This document shows, in pieces, positions 58,973 to 64,000 of a DNA stretch of 64,000 nt (its first letter is position 1; each line of letters begins with the position of its first letter). The stretch covers positions 150,660,001-150,724,000 of the forward strand of contig OX597815.1 of NCBI GenBank assembly GCA_951406725.2, given 5' to 3'. This DNA is from Octopus vulgaris. Its lineage: Eukaryota. The position numbers and the translations under genes are program-made. The notes under the pieces are model-generated. The model ran no database searches. It was given only the letters and a program-made list of their open reading frames with translations, and had not been told where the DNA came from.

Positions 58973-61900
58973 CAGATATATGCACTTTGTATATATAAAA
59001 ATTATTATATATACATATTTATATATAGATACACACACACATATAAATTAACCCAATAAATATCTGATTCATAATATTTGTTGTCATGATTGACTGGTAG
59101 TGGTGACAATGATAATTCTCTCTATGAATGCAGACAGACGTAGAGAGTGAGAGTGTGTGAAAGCGCTGTGGAAGGCAGGGAGGGGGGATAACGGACGCTG
59201 TGAAACGTCGTTATAAAGAAAAAGTGAATGTAAGGTAGGTAGACGCTGTGAAACGACGTTATAGATAGAATGTGAAAGGAAGGGAGAAAAGTGAGTGAGT
59301 GATGGAGGAAGACAGATACATAAAAGAATGAGAGTGTTGGATGCTTTGTTTGTTGGACCAATGTATTAAGGTAGTATTGTTTTATTGTTTTAAAACGAAA
59401 GAGGCAATGTGTTTGTTTCAAAAATTAAAACATCTGTAATAGTGAATGAAATTAGAATTCACACCCAGCTCAGTTTTGTAGAAAGAGTATCACGATGTGA
59501 ACTCATGAGTTGGGAGTTTGACTGAGAGAGTTTCTATGGTGACACATGCCAGTCCTTTCGACACCACCCAAACAATGGAATAGTGTATAAAATGTAATTA
59601 ACAAGTCATTCACTTTATGAATGTCTTATGTTAGCGAAGAAACAATAACTTGACAAAACCGTTTAATGGAGACGTAGAAGGAATCGGAAAATGAGGAATA
59701 AAGAGAATGAGTTGGATCAAATGTTTGCAAACATCTGAACCCAACGTTCTTTATGAACCATGTTCTTTTTAATGTCTTTATTTTCAAGAATGAAGAGATA
59801 ATGAAGAGGTGCAAAATAAAAAATCAAGCAAAATTTCATGACTTACAATCAGTTTTCTTTTGTCAGAGCCTCCTGATAAACCACGTTCCTTGTGCGCTCA
59901 TGATTGCCAAGAATGAAGAGTTTATGTGGATTTCCAACACGAGAACAGGCTACGTACAATTGACCATGACTGAAAACCGGTTGTGACAGGTTAATGCCTA
60001 CAATGTCCAGTGATTGTCCCTGTGACCTGTTGATTGTCATCGCGAAGCATAGTTTTATCGGAAATTGAAAGCGTTTAAACTGAATGGGAACATCAGAGGG
60101 TGAAATACTCATTTTATGTATCATTTTGATTGTTCCTACAAATGGTCCACTCAAAATTTCAGCAGTTATAACATGGCTTTGAATCCTCCTAATAACCATT
60201 CGGGTTCCATTGCATATTTCAGGCGTTTCCATATTTCTGAGCACCATGATTGGAGCACCAACTTTCAAACACAAATGATGAGGTGGAAGTCCCGGAGGTG
60301 TTAGCTTGTTGAGTAGCTCGGGTGGATATTTGACTGCATCATTCTCATCTTTATTTGTATCGATGGACATGAAAGAAACTATCTCACCAGGATTCATATC
60401 AAGTACTTGTTTATTTGTAGCCTCAGCGGTTGTATTATGAGGCGATAGAATAGCTCTTGCTCTTAGCCAATCGAGATCCTGGAAGTTGGTTTCGACGTCA
60501 GGTAAAACGGCTCTTATAAGTTCTTCTACATTTGGAACGAAATTCCCAAAAGGCAACCGAATATGCTCATCATCAACGAAAGGCAAAACTCCATCACCAA
60601 GATCTAATAGGTGTTTTGCGAAAGCCTCAGACTCCACATCACCATGTAGGTGGACTCTCATGTTTGTTTGAAGATGGCGACTGATAACACTGTGCCACAC
60701 ATAAGAATGTTTTATACATGCATTAACCTCATCGGCTCTAGTGCCTGCTCGGACAACAGGAAGAGTTTGTCGAAAATCTCCTGCCATGAGAAACGTAGCT
60801 CCACCCATTATTTTTGTATTGTGACGCAAATCTTGGAGAGTTCTGTCAAGAGCCTCAAACATGGCCTTATTACTCATTGTAGCCTCATCCCAAATAAAAA
60901 GACTGCATTCACGAAAAAGTCTTGCTCTTGAGGAACTACGATCTATATTACATATAGGATTATCTTTTTTTCCAATGTCCATGGGCAATTTGAATGCACT
61001 ATGTGCCGTACGGCCGCCTTGAAGCAGTGTCGCTGCAATACCACTTGAGGCACATGCAATGGCAATTCGACGTTCAGCGCGCAGCTTTGCGAGAATCAAA
61101 TTGATAACGAAAGTTTAACCAGTACCACCTGGAGCATTCAAAAAGAAAAGCTTTCCTTGGTTCAATCTAACGCTGTCAATAATTTCATTATAAATCTCTC
61201 TTTGTTCAGGCAAAAGTCTTGGTTCATCTCGCGTACTTGTTTCCGTCAATTCGGCAATGTTGTAGTTTTTTTCTGAAATGTATTCAACATCCAAAGGCGC
61301 TTCATGATGGACAGGTGTTGGCAGCTGGAATTCACTTAAACTGCGTATAACATAGCGTCTGATGTGTCTGTCCATGTCGATTAATGCCTCATTATAAACA
61401 TCGTCGTTGCCATCACGTAGCGCTAAATTAGCCTGTATGTCCTTTGATAGACTCTGTCTGAACGATTCCCAAAGGTTAAAAGGGTTGCTGGGATTACAGT
61501 GGATTAATATGCTACAAAACAATCGACGCATTTGCCATGGCAGTTTACAATTTGAGGCCTCTGCTAATGTCCTGTGTAAGTGGTCGTCATTGAGAAGAAG
61601 TCCGCACCTCAAACATGCTTCCCTGTAAGTGGCGCAGATGATACCATCATCCGTGCGAAGATCAGCAGAAGACTTCGGTCCAGTAACTACATGAAGTAGC
61701 ATTCTCAAAGAGATTTCCTGTTTGGTAGGATGAATATTATACACACGCCCAATGACGTTCTTCCTAGAAACACCTGGCCAATTGTCAAGTTCTGTTCCAT
61801 GTGACCTGCGCTTCCAATTATTATTGTTGTATGTGTAATATTCCGGTACTTCAGGGTAAATGAGAGTAGCAGCAAACTCATCAACTGAACACAATTTAAA

Positions 61901-62646
61901 AAATGCTGTAAGCGTAGTCCCTTTTGGATTTTCAATGACTTGACGTGCATTTTTCTCTGTGAAGTAAACCAGCTGTCTCTTCTGTAAATGAACATTCAGG
62001 TGGACAACTGATGGTGAGCTGAGATGAATCTCGTATCCAAAAATGCGCCACGCTGCATAATTGGAGGATACATACCTACCGAAAACGAATTGTTTAATTT
62101 CGTCATGTCTAAGGTCTTCATCACTGAACACAAACACGGCCATATCATCGCCCTTATTAATGTACTTGCAGAGGTATTGTATGCATCTCACCGAACTGCA
62201 GTACTCAACATTAATGTGTGCATTAAATGTTTTGGAAAGCAAAGGGTTGAATGGAACGATCCAGGCATTATCAACATCGAATGTTTTTAGCCGTTGTCTA
62301 ATTGTAGTTGTGCGGCCACCCAAACCTGGGTCACATATATGAAAGAGAGGACGGGAAAATGAAATATTTTGCAATGTAAACATGATTTGTTTTAAGAGAA
62401 AGATTGTCATGATTGTGTGTTGGTGGTGGCGATGATAATTATCATTAAGAAAAACATAAGTTGTGGCGATGATAATTGTAGACCCCTTTTCACATTTTGA
62501 TGAAGAGAACCCGATTTCATTCGGGTCTACTGTGGCCACATATAGGGGGGGTGCACACTGTAGAAATTAAATTAGAGATCAAACCACTAATAGGGAAATG
62601 AAACAGTAAAAAAACAAAAACATAAAAATATAATATTAGATATATG

Positions 62647-62684
<38 letters not shown>

Positions 62685-63099
62685 GACAGGTAGACAATAG
62701 AATGCGATGGCGATGGGGATGGCGATGTAATATTTGTTACTGTCCATGAACGCTGATAGATACATGAGTAAAATGTATAGGAAGGTAAGAGATAGAGTGA
62801 GTGAAAATGTTCTTGGAAGAGAGTAAATAGCGAGAGAGTGATTTGAGGAAGACTTTACATTAAATAACGGTAGTTGCATTGTCAATGAAGAGGAGTGAGA
62901 GAGTACTGGAGGAAATAGGGTGAGTGAGGAAGATGGCCCCTAGCAACCACACCTTTTAAGATAGGGATTTGTAAGGTAGCCCACGCGCATCGTCACCTCA
63001 TTCTACATGTCCCTGTAAATTTTGGAGCGAATCGGACGGGATGTAGTGGCATCGAAAGCGAACCAAGCGGTAAAAACGCATTTCAGTTTTATATATACG
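58847..63099 (-). mobile_element. Internally deleted Helitron
   Basis: 3' CTAG (58847-58850) with a subterminal hairpin at 58860-58878 and a Rep-helicase coding region. The putative 5' end near 63097 (TATATATAAAACTG) lacks an intact TC. Confidence 0.9.
59849..62330 (-). pseudogene. Helitron RepHel (Rep C-terminal motif and PIF1-family helicase) with a single in-frame stop at the Walker A lysine
   Basis: DNAWIVPFNP..HINVEYC..YLCKYINKG; APGGTG*TF; ASSGIAATLL.GGRTAHS; IWDEATM; GDFRQTLPV; FAMTINRSQGQSL; FSHGQLYVACSRV. ORFs 61115..62539 and 59849..61099 are in frame. Confidence 0.93.
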
Positions 63100-63199
63100 T
63101 ACTACTAACCTATCATACATGTCTATTTATAGCAATGTGATTTATATTCTTCATTCTTTATACATACAAAGATGCATGCATATATATACAGGTTCCTTT

Positions 63200-63420
63200 A
63201 TTCTTATATTCTTTTACTTGTTTCAGTCATTTGTCTGTGGCCATACTGGAGCACCGCCTTTAGTCGAACGAATCGACCCCAGGACTTATTCTTTGTAAGC
63301 CTAGTACTTATTCTATCGGTCTCTTTCGCTGAACCGCCAAGTTACGGCGACGAAAACACGCCAGCACCAGTTGCCAAGCTATGTTGGGTGGACAAACACA
63401 GACACACAAGCACATACACA
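63200..63420 (-). mobile_element. SINE family B 3' half
   Basis: Tail homology to other family B copies. Confidence 0.85.
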
Positions 63421-63842
63421 CATACATACGCTGGCACGCTACATACTCCCCCACCCCTTCCCCTCCCTCCCTCCCTTCCTCCTTCCTCCCTTTCCTTACT
63501 ACTGACCTTTGTCTGCTATGCTGCTGCTATGCTGACCACCGTCTCGCCCTACCTCACACGCCTACACACAGACGCACACACTAACACATACATATATTTT
63601 TTGTTTTTTCATCTCGCCTCACACACACACATACACACACGCACACGCACACACTCACACATACACACACATCTGTTGCGTTACCAACCTTGTCTCCACT
63701 CTTTTGCCTTTAAAAACCCACTTTGCTCTTGTTATCGTAAACATCCGCCTTTCACCATGTGTAACTCCTAACACCAGTCGTTTTTTTCTCTATCTCCGTT
63801 GCCCGCTCTGGGATCTTTCTTTCCTCTCTTTTCCTTCTTTAT

Positions 63843-63877
63843 GTTTCCGACGAAGAGCTCCGCTCGAAACGTCATAC
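63843..63877 (+). ncRNA. Decayed minimal hammerhead in a pLTR-like remnant, similar to 51247
   Basis: GTTT-CCGACGA-A-GAGC-tcc-GCTC-GAAA-CG-TC-ATAC. Confidence 0.65.
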
Positions 63878-64000
63878 CTCCCTGCTTCCATTTCCTGAGC
63901 GCCTATTAATAATAATACTGTAATTGTTCCATTGTTGTTGTTTTTTGTTTCCCGTTTGGATTAAAATTATACCACTGCGCGCCTACACGGACCCCTTGTA

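Overview
AT-rich eukaryotic genomic DNA, very probably from an octopus or related cephalopod. This is inferred from the dense (TA)n/(CA)n/(AAT)n microsatellites and the three abundant tRNA-derived SINE families. I found no supportable host protein-coding gene, and most ORFs in the supplied track are microsatellite artefacts. The window is a patchwork of transposable elements: CR1-like LINE fragments, at least five same-orientation R4/Dong-like LINE fragments nested in (AAT)n arrays, a rearranged Penelope-like (Naiad-type) element with a 314-bp inverted terminal repeat, an internally deleted Helitron, several decayed mariner transposons, a piggyBac-type MITE, many SINEs and a 1276-bp tandem duplication. 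The most striking signal outside the ORF track is about 14 minimal hammerhead-ribozyme motifs (CUGANGA / GAAA / palindromic stem III / UH). Three have intact cores and the rest are decayed. Several sit inside short fold-back elements embedded in microsatellites, and one neighbouring fold-back encloses a tRNA-like cloverleaf. All calls were made by eye; element boundaries are approximate to a few bases unless stated otherwise.
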